From Promethearchaeota archaeon (lineage in GTDB: Archaea; Asgardarchaeota; Lokiarchaeia; Sigyniarchaeales; SOKP01), in contig JBHLNT010000040.1 of assembly GCA_048941265.1 (NCBI GenBank), positions 1-28,448 of the forward strand: 28,448 bases of DNA, in the 5' to 3' direction. The notes under the pieces were generated by a model. It had not been told where the DNA came from, searched no databases, and worked only from the letters and a program-made list of their open reading frames with translations. Shown piece by piece: positions 1-9,296 of the stretch (positions are counted from its first letter, which is position 1; each line of letters opens with the position of its first letter). The translations under genes were made by a program, and so were the position numbers.

Positions 1-453
1 AAAATTTTCTTTAAAATTATTAAAATTATTTACACTTTTTTTTAGTTCATTACATTTATTTTTAAACACATCTCTCTTAATTCTTTCATGAAAAATATCG
101 CAAAAAAGGAGTTTAAAAGGTGATATAGAATCATTTTCATTTAATTTCTTGAATAGATCTTCTCCTTTATCGAAATTAATTAATTCGTTAATATCGATAA
201 ATTTTTGGAAAATTCTTTTAATACTTTGTTGTAATTTATTGAAATCTTTTAATCTAATTTTAGAATTTAACATTTCCTTAATTGTATTTCTTAGATAATA
301 AAATCCCATAGAAATAGTGGTTTCTTCTGTTTTGTTATCGGGATTAATGAGTGTAACTCTAATTTTACCTAAATTAAATATACGCTCTTTTGCGAGATCT
401 TGAAAATTTTTAATTTTGTCCTGTAATAAATTTAAAGAATATTCTAAACTCAT
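1..453 (-). CDS. Hypothetical protein, partial (runs off the left edge)
   Basis: ATG at 453-451. The frame is open for 151 codons to position 1 (MSLEYSLNLLQDKIKNFQDLAKERIFNLGKIRVTLINPD...). It starts 22 nt after the stop of the co-oriented 476-1186 gene. No recognisable motif. Confidence 0.75.
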   Translation of the reverse strand, partial: MSLEYSLNLLQDKIKNFQDLAKERIFNLGKIRVTLINPDNKTEETTISMGFYYLRNTIKEMLNSKIRLKDFNKLQQSIKRIFQKFIDINELINFDKGEDLFKKLNENDSISPFKLLFCDIFHERIKRDVFKNKCNELKKSVNNFNNFKENF

Positions 454-475
454 GCTATTTTGTGCATTATTTTAT

Positions 476-1186
476 CTATATTAATGAACTTTTATCAAAT
501 TTTAATTTTTGAACCATAATTTCGTAAATTTTATCTTTAACATCTTTGTTTTGAGTAAAATCGAGGTGATCCATAATTAAAAATTGGCTTCCAAATTCGT
601 TTTCTATTTGATTTGTAAATTGATTCATTCTTTCTATCAATATCAACGATGGAGGTCTACTTAAAATAAATAATACTGCTAAATCACTATTTTTAAAGCG
701 AATCATCTTAAATTCCATACCCTCAACACTTAATCCTTTTAATTGTCTTTCAATAGCTTCCTTACTAAAGCTGGTTATTGCAGTAAATAAACCAATCACT
801 AACTCAATATCTTTTTTGAAGATTGAGTGATTCCATCCGAATTTTACAAGTCCAGCTGACGCATTAAAAATAATATAACTCTTAATACATTCAACATCTG
901 GATCTCCCTTTAGCAAATCTATTAAATATGTACGGGTTAGCTCCAATTCTTCTTTAAGATCCGGTAAATCAAAAAGTTCTTCAAATTCGCTTACTTTATT
1001 TTCAAATTTTGACTCAATTATTAATTCTATTGTTGATTTAACATCCATTAGATAATCTTCATTTTGTAGATTATTTTTTAGTATATGTTCGGTGCTTTCA
1101 TAAAGGTTTTCAAATTTTTCTAATAGATACACTTTCCTTAGCTTATCAAACGCATCTATAATCTCAGAATTTATTGTATTTATCAA
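476..1186 (-). CDS. Protein with a C-terminal longin-like domain
   Basis: The C-terminal ~135 aa (YIIFNASAGLVKFGW...DIELVIGLFTAITSFSKE...LKGLSVEGMEFKMIR...LAVLFIL...MNQFTNQIENEF) follow the beta-beta-alpha-beta-beta-beta-alpha pattern and the D-x-x-L-x-x-G-x-x-x-A-I-x-x-F-x-x-E signature of Asgard longin-like domains. The N-terminus is acidic and looks helical. TTG start. Confidence 0.6.
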   Translation of the reverse strand: MINTINSEIIDAFDKLRKVYLLEKFENLYESTEHILKNNLQNEDYLMDVKSTIELIIESKFENKVSEFEELFDLPDLKEELELTRTYLIDLLKGDPDVECIKSYIIFNASAGLVKFGWNHSIFKKDIELVIGLFTAITSFSKEAIERQLKGLSVEGMEFKMIRFKNSDLAVLFILSRPPSLILIERMNQFTNQIENEFGSQFLIMDHLDFTQNKDVKDKIYEIMVQKLKFDKSSLI

Positions 1187-1306
1187 AATAATCTCGATGA
1201 ATTTTAAAATTGTTATTTATTAGTTTCTTATTATATTTATAACGAACTCTCTATTTTTATACCTATTTAGTTTTGTTAGTAATTAAATAAGAAGCTGATT
1301 TGCGAT

Positions 1307-1332
1307 AAAAAAATAAAATAAAAAAAATAAAA
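1307..1332 (-). terminator. Putative oligo-T terminator
   Basis: Several T-tracts on the minus strand immediately after the MFS stop at 1343. Archaeal intrinsic termination uses oligo-T, but the region is AT-rich throughout. Confidence 0.35.
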
Positions 1333-1342
1333 TTAATAATTT

Positions 1343-2761
1343 TTATAATTTCATTTCAATTAATTTTGCTTTGTTTTGTTTAACCTTATCTGGTGTTATA
1401 TCATACATCTTCCAAAAGATTAAGACTCCAATCCCTATATATATGGCTGGTAAAAGTCCAAAGTGTAATTGAAGCCCAAATAACGCACTCGCAGGTTGAG
1501 CTGAGGGTTTAGCGCCCTCCTTGAATCCTGTAAGTGTATGAACGATGGCTAGTGTTAATGCTTGAATTACTCTTGCTAAATTGAGGAAAAATTGACGAAA
1601 TCCTCCGTATGTAGATTCCCTTCGCTTTTCGGTCATAACTACGGATTCATCAATCACATCGCTAAAAACCGGTGTTATCATAACCCAAAAACCACCAAAT
1701 GCAAGTCCGTATAAAAAGAGCACTATCAGGTCACCAATTAATATCAAGTCACTGGTTAAATACATCATAAAGGTTAAAGGAGCTGCAGTAATTGCCATTA
1801 AACTAGCACTGTAGATCCAGGTTTTTCTATTATCTTGGGTTTTATTTGTCCATCTGATCCATAATGGAAGTGAGATTAATCCTCCAAAAAAAAATGCTAA
1901 TATAAGAAAAGTTACAACCTCCGGATCTACCTTTAAAATAAAGTAAGTATGATAATATACCGACGCCAGCATTAACTGAACCATTGCCTGATATAAAATG
2001 TATAATAATAGATATGCCAAATAATTTTTATGTGATAAAACACTTTTTACTGATTTTAAAAAAGATTCTCTCTCTTGTTGTTCATAACTCACCAGATAAT
2101 GTTGTACCGTTTCTTTATCATCAGTTATTCCCGCATACATAAGAAACCAAACACCAAGACTAATTCCTACGCATACCCACGCCATTATTGCATAAGAGCT
2201 AATATTTCCAAAATTTATAATCATTGGGGGAACTACAAAAGATAAAATTACTCCAATAAAACCAAAATATACTTCAAAGGTAGATAATATCCTACGCTCT
2301 CCCTGGTCTCTGAATTTATCTGGGCCAAGAGCCCAATAATTTACCGTAAAAAAAGATTCAACGGTATCGAATAAACATGTAGAAAAAACGAGCCAACCGA
2401 ATAAACCCCATTCAGAATTTTGAACAAAAATTGGTGGGGAAAATACTAGTAGAAAGCAGAATATCATTGGAATGAAGAAAACAGCGATAAATGGAAATCT
2501 ACGTCCCCATTTTTTCGTCCATCTGAAAGGACGATCGGTCAAATATCCTATCAAGGGATCGTTAAAAGCATCATAAATGGCATAAATAGTTACCCCGAGC
2601 CCCGCGAGTAATGAATTTAATCCAAGCTCAGCCTCATAAAAAAAGAAAATTAAAATACTGAGTACACCTTGTATTAATTCAATTGCTATGCTGGCCGTAT
2701 TAAACGAAGCCATATTCTTTTTAGAATGTAATATTATTGGTGCTTCTATTCTTTCACTCAT
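1343..2761 (-). CDS. MFS transporter, GPH (MelB-like) family
   Basis: About 12 hydrophobic segments, with the GPH motifs YDAFNDPLIGYLTDR, WGRRFPF and DVIDE...RRESTY. Confidence 0.92.
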   Translation of the reverse strand: MSERIEAPIILHSKKNMASFNTASIAIELIQGVLSILIFFFYEAELGLNSLLAGLGVTIYAIYDAFNDPLIGYLTDRPFRWTKKWGRRFPFIAVFFIPMIFCFLLVFSPPIFVQNSEWGLFGWLVFSTCLFDTVESFFTVNYWALGPDKFRDQGERRILSTFEVYFGFIGVILSFVVPPMIINFGNISSYAIMAWVCVGISLGVWFLMYAGITDDKETVQHYLVSYEQQERESFLKSVKSVLSHKNYLAYLLLYILYQAMVQLMLASVYYHTYFILKVDPEVVTFLILAFFFGGLISLPLWIRWTNKTQDNRKTWIYSASLMAITAAPLTFMMYLTSDLILIGDLIVLFLYGLAFGGFWVMITPVFSDVIDESVVMTEKRRESTYGGFRQFFLNLARVIQALTLAIVHTLTGFKEGAKPSAQPASALFGLQLHFGLLPAIYIGIGVLIFWKMYDITPDKVKQNKAKLIEMKL

Positions 2762-2768
2762 TCTCTAT

Positions 2769-2779
2769 TACCTCTAATA
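2769..2779 (-). promoter_or_regulatory. Shine-Dalgarno-like site (AGAGGTA)
   Basis: TATTAGAGGTA lies 7 nt upstream of the ATG at 2761. The identical 11-mer precedes the esterase ATG (24397-24407). Confidence 0.55.
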
Positions 2780-2953
2780 GATTTGATTTTTTTTATTAAA
2801 TTTGTTATTTCCTAATTTGTTTTTTAGATAAATAAATATTTATAACTAACTGCTATTTTTCACAAAATCTTTTAAAAATCAAATTTGGTTATAATTCAGA
2901 ATATAATTTTTAAATAAATGAAATTTTAATATTTAGACTGATTTTCAATAACC

Positions 2954-4234
2954 ATGAGCAAAAAACCTAATATCATCTTATTTATAACTCACGATCAAGG
3001 CCAGCTTATCGGTTGTTATAATTCACCCCGGATGCCAAACTCATTAAATACTCCAAATTTGGATGATTTAGCAGCAAAAGGAGTAAGATTCGAGAGTAAT
3101 TTCTGTACTGCCCCTCAATGCAGTCCCAGTCGAGGCAGTATTCAAACATCATTGTATCCTCACCAAAATGGTCTCATGGGATTAGTTAATAGAGGGTGGA
3201 CCTTACCAACAACAAATAAAACACTACCTATGTATTTAAAAGAAAATGGATATACTACACATTTGATTGGAATACAACATGAAAGCAAAAAACCTTCTAC
3301 ATTAGGATATGAGAATATAATGCAATTTGATAAGATCTCAGATTTCTTTTTAGAGCATAATAATGATAAAGATCCATTTTATGTATGTATAGGTACATAT
3401 GCAGTTCATATCCCATTCCGCCAATTTGGCGTTCCTGTTGATCCTGCAAATGTGCAAGTACCCCCATTTTTACCAGACCATACAACAGTTAGAGAGGATC
3501 TATCAGAACTTTATGGTTCTATACATTATGTAGATGATTTGATTGGAGAGATAATTAATTTGCTAGAAAAATATGATTTGCACAATAATACACTTTTTAT
3601 TTTCACTACAGATCATGGTCCCGCCTTGCCAAGGGCAAAATGTACCTTATATGATCCTGGAATAAAAACTTCACTCATAATGTCTCTCCCAAGTTCAGAA
3701 TTGTTTTCTTCTGGAAAAGTTATTACAAGTATGATAAATAATATTGACTTATTGCCATCTATACTCGAACTTATTGATGGAAATATTCCAAATAATATTG
3801 AGGGAAAAAGTTTCTTACCTATTTTAGAGGAAAAGCAAACCTCAATTCGCTCAGAGATTTTTGTTGAAAAATCTTGGCATGATGATTACGATCCGATGCG
3901 AGGTATTCGAACTGAGAAATTTAAATACATTAGAAATTTTGAAAAATTAGACACTTCATTTAAAATGCCTCTGGATATCGCTAATATTAGGTCAGGAAAG
4001 GCCGTCAATGAAACCATGAAAGAAATATATACTACACCTCGATTAGAAGAAGAACTTTACGATCTTGAAAAAGATCCTAATGAAAAAAGCAACTTATTCC
4101 ATGATCCTGCATATAAGAATATTGCGGAACAATTAAGAACGAAGCTTAATGAATGGATGGAACGAACAAACGATCCTATTCTTAACGGAAAAATTGAACA
4201 TCCAAAAATAGCACGAAAAAAAGGAACTAAATAA
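2954..4234 (+). CDS. Sulfatase (formylglycine-dependent, sulfamidase-like)
   Basis: N-terminal KPNIILFITHD, signature CTAPQCSPSRGS (CxPxR), then TTDHG, RAKCTLYDPG and ELYDLEKDPNE. Confidence 0.92.
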   Translation: MSKKPNIILFITHDQGQLIGCYNSPRMPNSLNTPNLDDLAAKGVRFESNFCTAPQCSPSRGSIQTSLYPHQNGLMGLVNRGWTLPTTNKTLPMYLKENGYTTHLIGIQHESKKPSTLGYENIMQFDKISDFFLEHNNDKDPFYVCIGTYAVHIPFRQFGVPVDPANVQVPPFLPDHTTVREDLSELYGSIHYVDDLIGEIINLLEKYDLHNNTLFIFTTDHGPALPRAKCTLYDPGIKTSLIMSLPSSELFSSGKVITSMINNIDLLPSILELIDGNIPNNIEGKSFLPILEEKQTSIRSEIFVEKSWHDDYDPMRGIRTEKFKYIRNFEKLDTSFKMPLDIANIRSGKAVNETMKEIYTTPRLEEELYDLEKDPNEKSNLFHDPAYKNIAEQLRTKLNEWMERTNDPILNGKIEHPKIARKKGTK

Positions 4235-4297
4235 TTTTTATTTTGGAGGAAATTAATTTTATGTTATAGAAAATAAATTTTAGATCGTTCATGATTC

Positions 4298-5578
4298 ATG
4301 TCAAGGAAGCCAAAATATTTCTTTCAATGTTTAAAATGTAAAGAAACTTTAAAAGATGTAAATGAAACAAATTCTTTCTGTCCTAAATGCTCAGGTCCTC
4401 TATCTGTTCAAATGAATATAGCACAATTAAAAGAAATAATCTCGAAAAACAATTTCTACAAGCAAAAGATTACTTCAATGTGGTCCTTTTTTGAATTTCT
4501 ACCATTACTCGATAAAAAAAAAATTATTTCATTAATGGAGGGAAACACTCCGACTATAAAGAGTAACAGATTAGCTGAGGATTTTAGTCTAAAAAATTTA
4601 TTTCTTAAGCTTGATTTTTTAAATCCTACAGGCTCTTTCAAAGATCGGCAGATTTCAATGGGAGTAAGTAAAGCAATAGAACTAAACAAAACCTCTGTAA
4701 TCACGGTGTCTTCAGGAAATGTGGGTGCTTCTGTTGCTGCTTATTCCGCGAGAGCAGGTTTAAAAAATATTATTCTAATCCCTTCAATAGCCCCTGAAAG
4801 TAAAATTATCCAAATTAAACAATATGGGGGAAATGTGGTTAGAATTGAGTCTGATTCTACGAAATTTATCTCTCAAATTGTACAAAATGCGAGTAAAAAA
4901 TTTGAAATGTCGAATTTGATTACTGCTGGCATATATAATCCATTTATCATTAAAGGGGCTAAAACAATATCATATGAGATTGCCATTCAGAGTAGGACAA
5001 GTAAGCAAGGATTTCCCGATGTTATTATTGTTCCAGTTGGAGGATCGGGATTGTTAAGCGGAATATATGAGGGATTTGAAGAATTATATGAGTTAGATTT
5101 TATCGAAAGCATTCCAAAACTGTTTGGTGTACAACCCGAAGGATGTGCTCCTTTTGTGAATGCAATTGAAAACGATCTTACACCAGAATATTTATTTCAA
5201 AATCCATGGAAGAATATTAAAACAATTAGTACTGCACTTGCTGATGATATTCCACTTGATTGTTATACAGGGATTCCTGCGCTCAAAAATTCAGGAGGAA
5301 ATGCACTAGCAGTATCAGATGATGAAACATTGGCTGCTGGAAAACAGCTAAGTAATTTAGAAGGAATTTTTGCTGAGCCTTCTAGTTGTACTACTGTAGC
5401 AGTGATTCCAAAATTATTAGAAAAGGGTTTCATACAACCAGATGAAATTATTTACTGTCTAATTACTGGAAGTGGATTTAAAGATATCAAATCCATTGAG
5501 CCAATGCTTTCAGATTCTATAAATGTAAAAAAAGATTTTGACTGGAAAAACTTATTCGAAAAGATTTTAAAAAGCTAA
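4298..5578 (+). CDS. thrC: Threonine synthase (PLP-dependent)
   Basis: N-terminal CxxC...CPxC zinc ribbon, EGNTP, NPTGSFKDR (PLP Lys), SSGN, PVGGSG, EGIFAEP and LITGSGFK. Confidence 0.82.
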   Translation: MSRKPKYFFQCLKCKETLKDVNETNSFCPKCSGPLSVQMNIAQLKEIISKNNFYKQKITSMWSFFEFLPLLDKKKIISLMEGNTPTIKSNRLAEDFSLKNLFLKLDFLNPTGSFKDRQISMGVSKAIELNKTSVITVSSGNVGASVAAYSARAGLKNIILIPSIAPESKIIQIKQYGGNVVRIESDSTKFISQIVQNASKKFEMSNLITAGIYNPFIIKGAKTISYEIAIQSRTSKQGFPDVIIVPVGGSGLLSGIYEGFEELYELDFIESIPKLFGVQPEGCAPFVNAIENDLTPEYLFQNPWKNIKTISTALADDIPLDCYTGIPALKNSGGNALAVSDDETLAAGKQLSNLEGIFAEPSSCTTVAVIPKLLEKGFIQPDEIIYCLITGSGFKDIKSIEPMLSDSINVKKDFDWKNLFEKILKS

Positions 5579-5619
5579 AAGCAATGAGATATTAAAAAAA
5601 ATTAAAATTAAGGATAATT

Positions 5620-7596
5620 TTAATCGGAAGCCAGATCTTCCAGAAATCCTGCCCCAATTTTGTTATACTCTTCAGCATATTTAACTCCATATTTTTTACC
5701 TGTCTCTCCGTAGACATATTTGACAAGGAGATTTACTCTAATGGCGTTGGGCACGTCTTCTTCTAAAAGCTCTATATAAAGTCGATTTGCCCTGGCTAAT
5801 AACAAATTTTGATGAAAAAAGTTCTTAAGTACAGTTTTATGCTCACTGATAGCTTTTATTTTATCATCTATAAAATCTGTAATATCTACGTGAAAGTTTA
5901 TAACAGTTGGATTTCTGGCAAATAAATATCTCTCTCCAGGCAAGTGTATACTTAGTCCCTCATCAAAATGATCTGGATAGCATAAATCAAAGGAACTCTG
6001 CCAACACGCCTCGTTAACTGCCTGTGCAGTTATAACATGGTCCATGTTTTCCTCATCAGTCCCATTTAAATCAAATGAAACCACAATATCAGGTTTGTAT
6101 TTTCGTATCAGATAAATTAATTTTTTCCGTAATTCCATATAATCCACTCCAACTAAAGTGTCAGTTGGATAATCCATATGGACTATTTCCTCTGCCCCCA
6201 ATCTTTTATATGCCCGCTCGACTTCTTTTCGATTTCTTTTATAACCTTGTTCAGCAGTAATTCCTACACAATCCCAATAATCGTCCGTAATTCGGACACA
6301 TATCAATTTATTCCCCTCAGCTGAAAGTTTTTTAAGTGTCCCTCCAGCCCATATCGTAAGGTCGTCAGCATGTGTTCCAAAAGCTACTACAGTTTTATAC
6401 ACAAATAAATCTCTAACTGTTTTCCTCACTACCTCAGCAGCTTCCTTACCTATTGATTCTGTTTCATGCCCAATAAACTTACCATCAACAATGTCATCGA
6501 CCCAAACTTGAGGTTTCAAGCTAAATTGATCTAAGGGAATAAGATACCCTATTGAATCGTTAGAATTAGAAATAAACATTATCTCTTTTTCTGAGGTATT
6601 TTCAAGAATTTTGGTAAATAATCCTGGAAAAGGTTCACCAGGTATATGTACAATATGTAAATTTCCAATCCGGACTTTACTAATAGTGCTTATCGCGGTA
6701 TCGTCTTCTTTGAGTTCTCTTTCAAAAATCCCAATTGCAAATAAAAATTGAAAATCTGGATTCTCAAGCTTCATGTCAACTTTTCGATGTCTTATCTCAA
6801 TTGGGGATTCTTCCAATTTTAATGCTTTAGGAAAGATATTTTGAATCTCTGAAAACACTTCTTTTGCAAATAATTCCATTTTTTCATATCCTGCTTCACA
6901 ATAAATCGGTGATTGTGAACCACATAACCCCATACCAAATAATGAGGTTCCTCCGAACTCTTTTTCTATCATATCACACACAATTCCGGGATAATCTGCT
7001 GAGATAGATACATTTTCTCTTGTCGTTATCTCTGGCTGGGCTGAATATGTCCATAAACTGCCAATTACTTTATCATTTGACATAAATTTTAAAACTTTTA
7101 GAGCTCCATTTATATCATCTTTTATTCGATAATTTTCAATAAGCTTTTCTAAGTTTGATTTTGCTAAGTAGAGCTCAGTATCTTCAAGGTTTTGTTCAGC
7201 TTCTACTACTGCTTGAACTATACACTCAATTAAAAAAAATTGATATTTCTTATTAATTCCATTCACTCCGATGAGAGGACCCCATAATCCCATTGTATCA
7301 GGTCCTGCATGAGTATGGGTGGCCCATACATAAATTTGTCTTTCTTTGTAATCATAAGCAGATAATCTATCTCGGACCCTATCTATAAAATCTGCCATTA
7401 AACCAATACATTCTACTGAAACTAATGCGATTTTGGCAGTTCCATCTGATAAAACCATTGCCCGAGCATAGATGGGATGATGAACATCCTTAATTTTAGG
7501 AGCCATCATCGTCAAATATCCTGCGATATAACAATCTCCAATACCAGGTGGAGGAACAATATTTTTTTTTGATGTTCCACATTTCAAGACGGTCAT
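5620..7596 (-). CDS. Fusion of a neutral-ceramidase-like metallohydrolase and a PIG-L/LmbE N-acetylglucosaminyl deacetylase
   Basis: The N-terminal ~400 aa contain LYARA-like IYARA, ATHTHAGP, ISADYPG, PGEP and IGY (neutral ceramidase superfamily). The C-terminal ~255 aa contain HADD, R-x-x-E, DH, VDITD and YAE (LmbE/PIG-L). Confidence 0.8.
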   Translation of the reverse strand: MTVLKCGTSKKNIVPPPGIGDCYIAGYLTMMAPKIKDVHHPIYARAMVLSDGTAKIALVSVECIGLMADFIDRVRDRLSAYDYKERQIYVWATHTHAGPDTMGLWGPLIGVNGINKKYQFFLIECIVQAVVEAEQNLEDTELYLAKSNLEKLIENYRIKDDINGALKVLKFMSNDKVIGSLWTYSAQPEITTRENVSISADYPGIVCDMIEKEFGGTSLFGMGLCGSQSPIYCEAGYEKMELFAKEVFSEIQNIFPKALKLEESPIEIRHRKVDMKLENPDFQFLFAIGIFERELKEDDTAISTISKVRIGNLHIVHIPGEPFPGLFTKILENTSEKEIMFISNSNDSIGYLIPLDQFSLKPQVWVDDIVDGKFIGHETESIGKEAAEVVRKTVRDLFVYKTVVAFGTHADDLTIWAGGTLKKLSAEGNKLICVRITDDYWDCVGITAEQGYKRNRKEVERAYKRLGAEEIVHMDYPTDTLVGVDYMELRKKLIYLIRKYKPDIVVSFDLNGTDEENMDHVITAQAVNEACWQSSFDLCYPDHFDEGLSIHLPGERYLFARNPTVINFHVDITDFIDDKIKAISEHKTVLKNFFHQNLLLARANRLYIELLEEDVPNAIRVNLLVKYVYGETGKKYGVKYAEEYNKIGAGFLEDLASD

Positions 7597-7753
7597 AACT
7601 TATTCTTTCCTCTAGTTATTTAGTTCTATATTATGGTAGTGTAATTATTGGTATATATTTGAATTCTATTATTTAAAATTTTTAATTTTAAATTTAGGAG
7701 ATGATAATAAAGAAAGAATATAAAAAAAAGATGAAATTTGAATAAAGTCTAAT

Positions 7754-9148
7754 TTATAATTGTTTTTGCTTTAAAATTTCTGAATTTTCTGCTACTTTTG
7801 CTTTATCTAATTTATATACTTTCCATATGAGTAAAAAGGCTAAGAAGTAGAAGGCCATAGGAATACCTGCCATGAGTAGCCGAATTCCAAATTGTGCGAG
7901 TAATGTCTGAGAGGTTTGTCCGGGAGGTGCACCTGCTTTATAACCTGTGAGAGGATGAATCACTGCAAATGCAACTGCTTGTATTATAATTGAAATTCTT
8001 TCAAAAAAAATCCTAATTCCAGTCAAAGCTCCCTCATTTCGTTTTCCAGTTCTCACCACTATATCATCAACGACATCTGAAAATGTTGGGTACATAAGAA
8101 CCCAGAAACATCCAATACCTATTCCAATAAGAGCTATGATTAGAGTAGTGCTTAGAATATCGCTCACAAAAAATAATGGAACAAATAAAATTGTAGTTAG
8201 TAATGTACCATAAGTAACAGCTTTTTTATTCCCTAATTTTCGACCCATCATAGTCCATATAGGAACTGAAATTAATACTGCCAAAAGAAATCCCGCAGCC
8301 ATTACAGTCTCAAACTCGGGGTCTGAAGATCCTATTATATATTTGTTCCAATAGGGCAGAGAAGCGAGCATCATAACGGTCATGACAGCATGCCCTAATG
8401 CTATAAGGACGTATGCTAAGAAATTTATATCCTTTATTCCATAGTTTAGGACTTTCCAGAAGGATTCTTTTTCTGTCTGATCCTCTAAAATCCGCAATTG
8501 CCGCTCGATTAGTTCCTCATCTTCTTTCATCCCAGGCAGTGCTAAAAATGCCATTATAAAACCAATAATTGACACGACTAACGCTGCGATAATGAAGGAT
8601 GAAACATCACCATAAACAATAATTAAAGGAGGGATTAAAACGCCTAAAGCTATTCCTACTACTCCCCAAGCTGTATTTTGTGCTCCAGCCCGAGTTCTCT
8701 CTTGGATTGATCTAAATTTATCAGGAAAAAGTGCGAGATAATTCACTATAAACATAGAATATAGAAATTCAAATATGCAAATAGTAATTAGAAGCCATAT
8801 AAACATCCCTATCTCATCAGTAAAGGGTACTGTGAAAATGAAAAGATATACCCATACAAAAGAAAGAGCACCTGCCGCGAAGAATGGATATCTACGACCC
8901 CAACGTTTCGTAAAGTTAAATTTTTTATCAGAAATCCATCCCAATAAAGGATCATTAATCATATTCCAAATTCCGTAGATAACAAATGCTAATCCTACCC
9001 AAAAAATAGTAAGAAGTAATTCATTTTCATAAAAATCAATAACTCTTACGGTGAATGCTGCTGTGAAGAAGTTATCAACAAAACCTCCAATTCCATATGA
9101 GATATATACAAATCTCGAATACTTGGATTTTTCACTCATTTCTAACAC
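7754..9148 (-). CDS. MFS transporter, GPH (MelB-like) family
   Basis: WNMINDPLLGWISD, WGRRYPF, DVVDD...RNEG and about 12 TM segments. Paralog of 1343-2761. An alternative ATG start lies at 9139. Confidence 0.92.
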   Translation of the reverse strand: MLEMSEKSKYSRFVYISYGIGGFVDNFFTAAFTVRVIDFYENELLLTIFWVGLAFVIYGIWNMINDPLLGWISDKKFNFTKRWGRRYPFFAAGALSFVWVYLFIFTVPFTDEIGMFIWLLITICIFEFLYSMFIVNYLALFPDKFRSIQERTRAGAQNTAWGVVGIALGVLIPPLIIVYGDVSSFIIAALVVSIIGFIMAFLALPGMKEDEELIERQLRILEDQTEKESFWKVLNYGIKDINFLAYVLIALGHAVMTVMMLASLPYWNKYIIGSSDPEFETVMAAGFLLAVLISVPIWTMMGRKLGNKKAVTYGTLLTTILFVPLFFVSDILSTTLIIALIGIGIGCFWVLMYPTFSDVVDDIVVRTGKRNEGALTGIRIFFERISIIIQAVAFAVIHPLTGYKAGAPPGQTSQTLLAQFGIRLLMAGIPMAFYFLAFLLIWKVYKLDKAKVAENSEILKQKQL

Positions 9149-9296
9149 TTTTTTCTAATTTTACAAAAATTAACACTATTTCAAAAAATATAGCTATATG
9201 TTAATTTTTTTTTAATCAATAAATAATTAATTATCATAACATGGAAAATACCGATATTGAAAAATAACAAATGGTTAATTGCGAAGTGTGATTATC

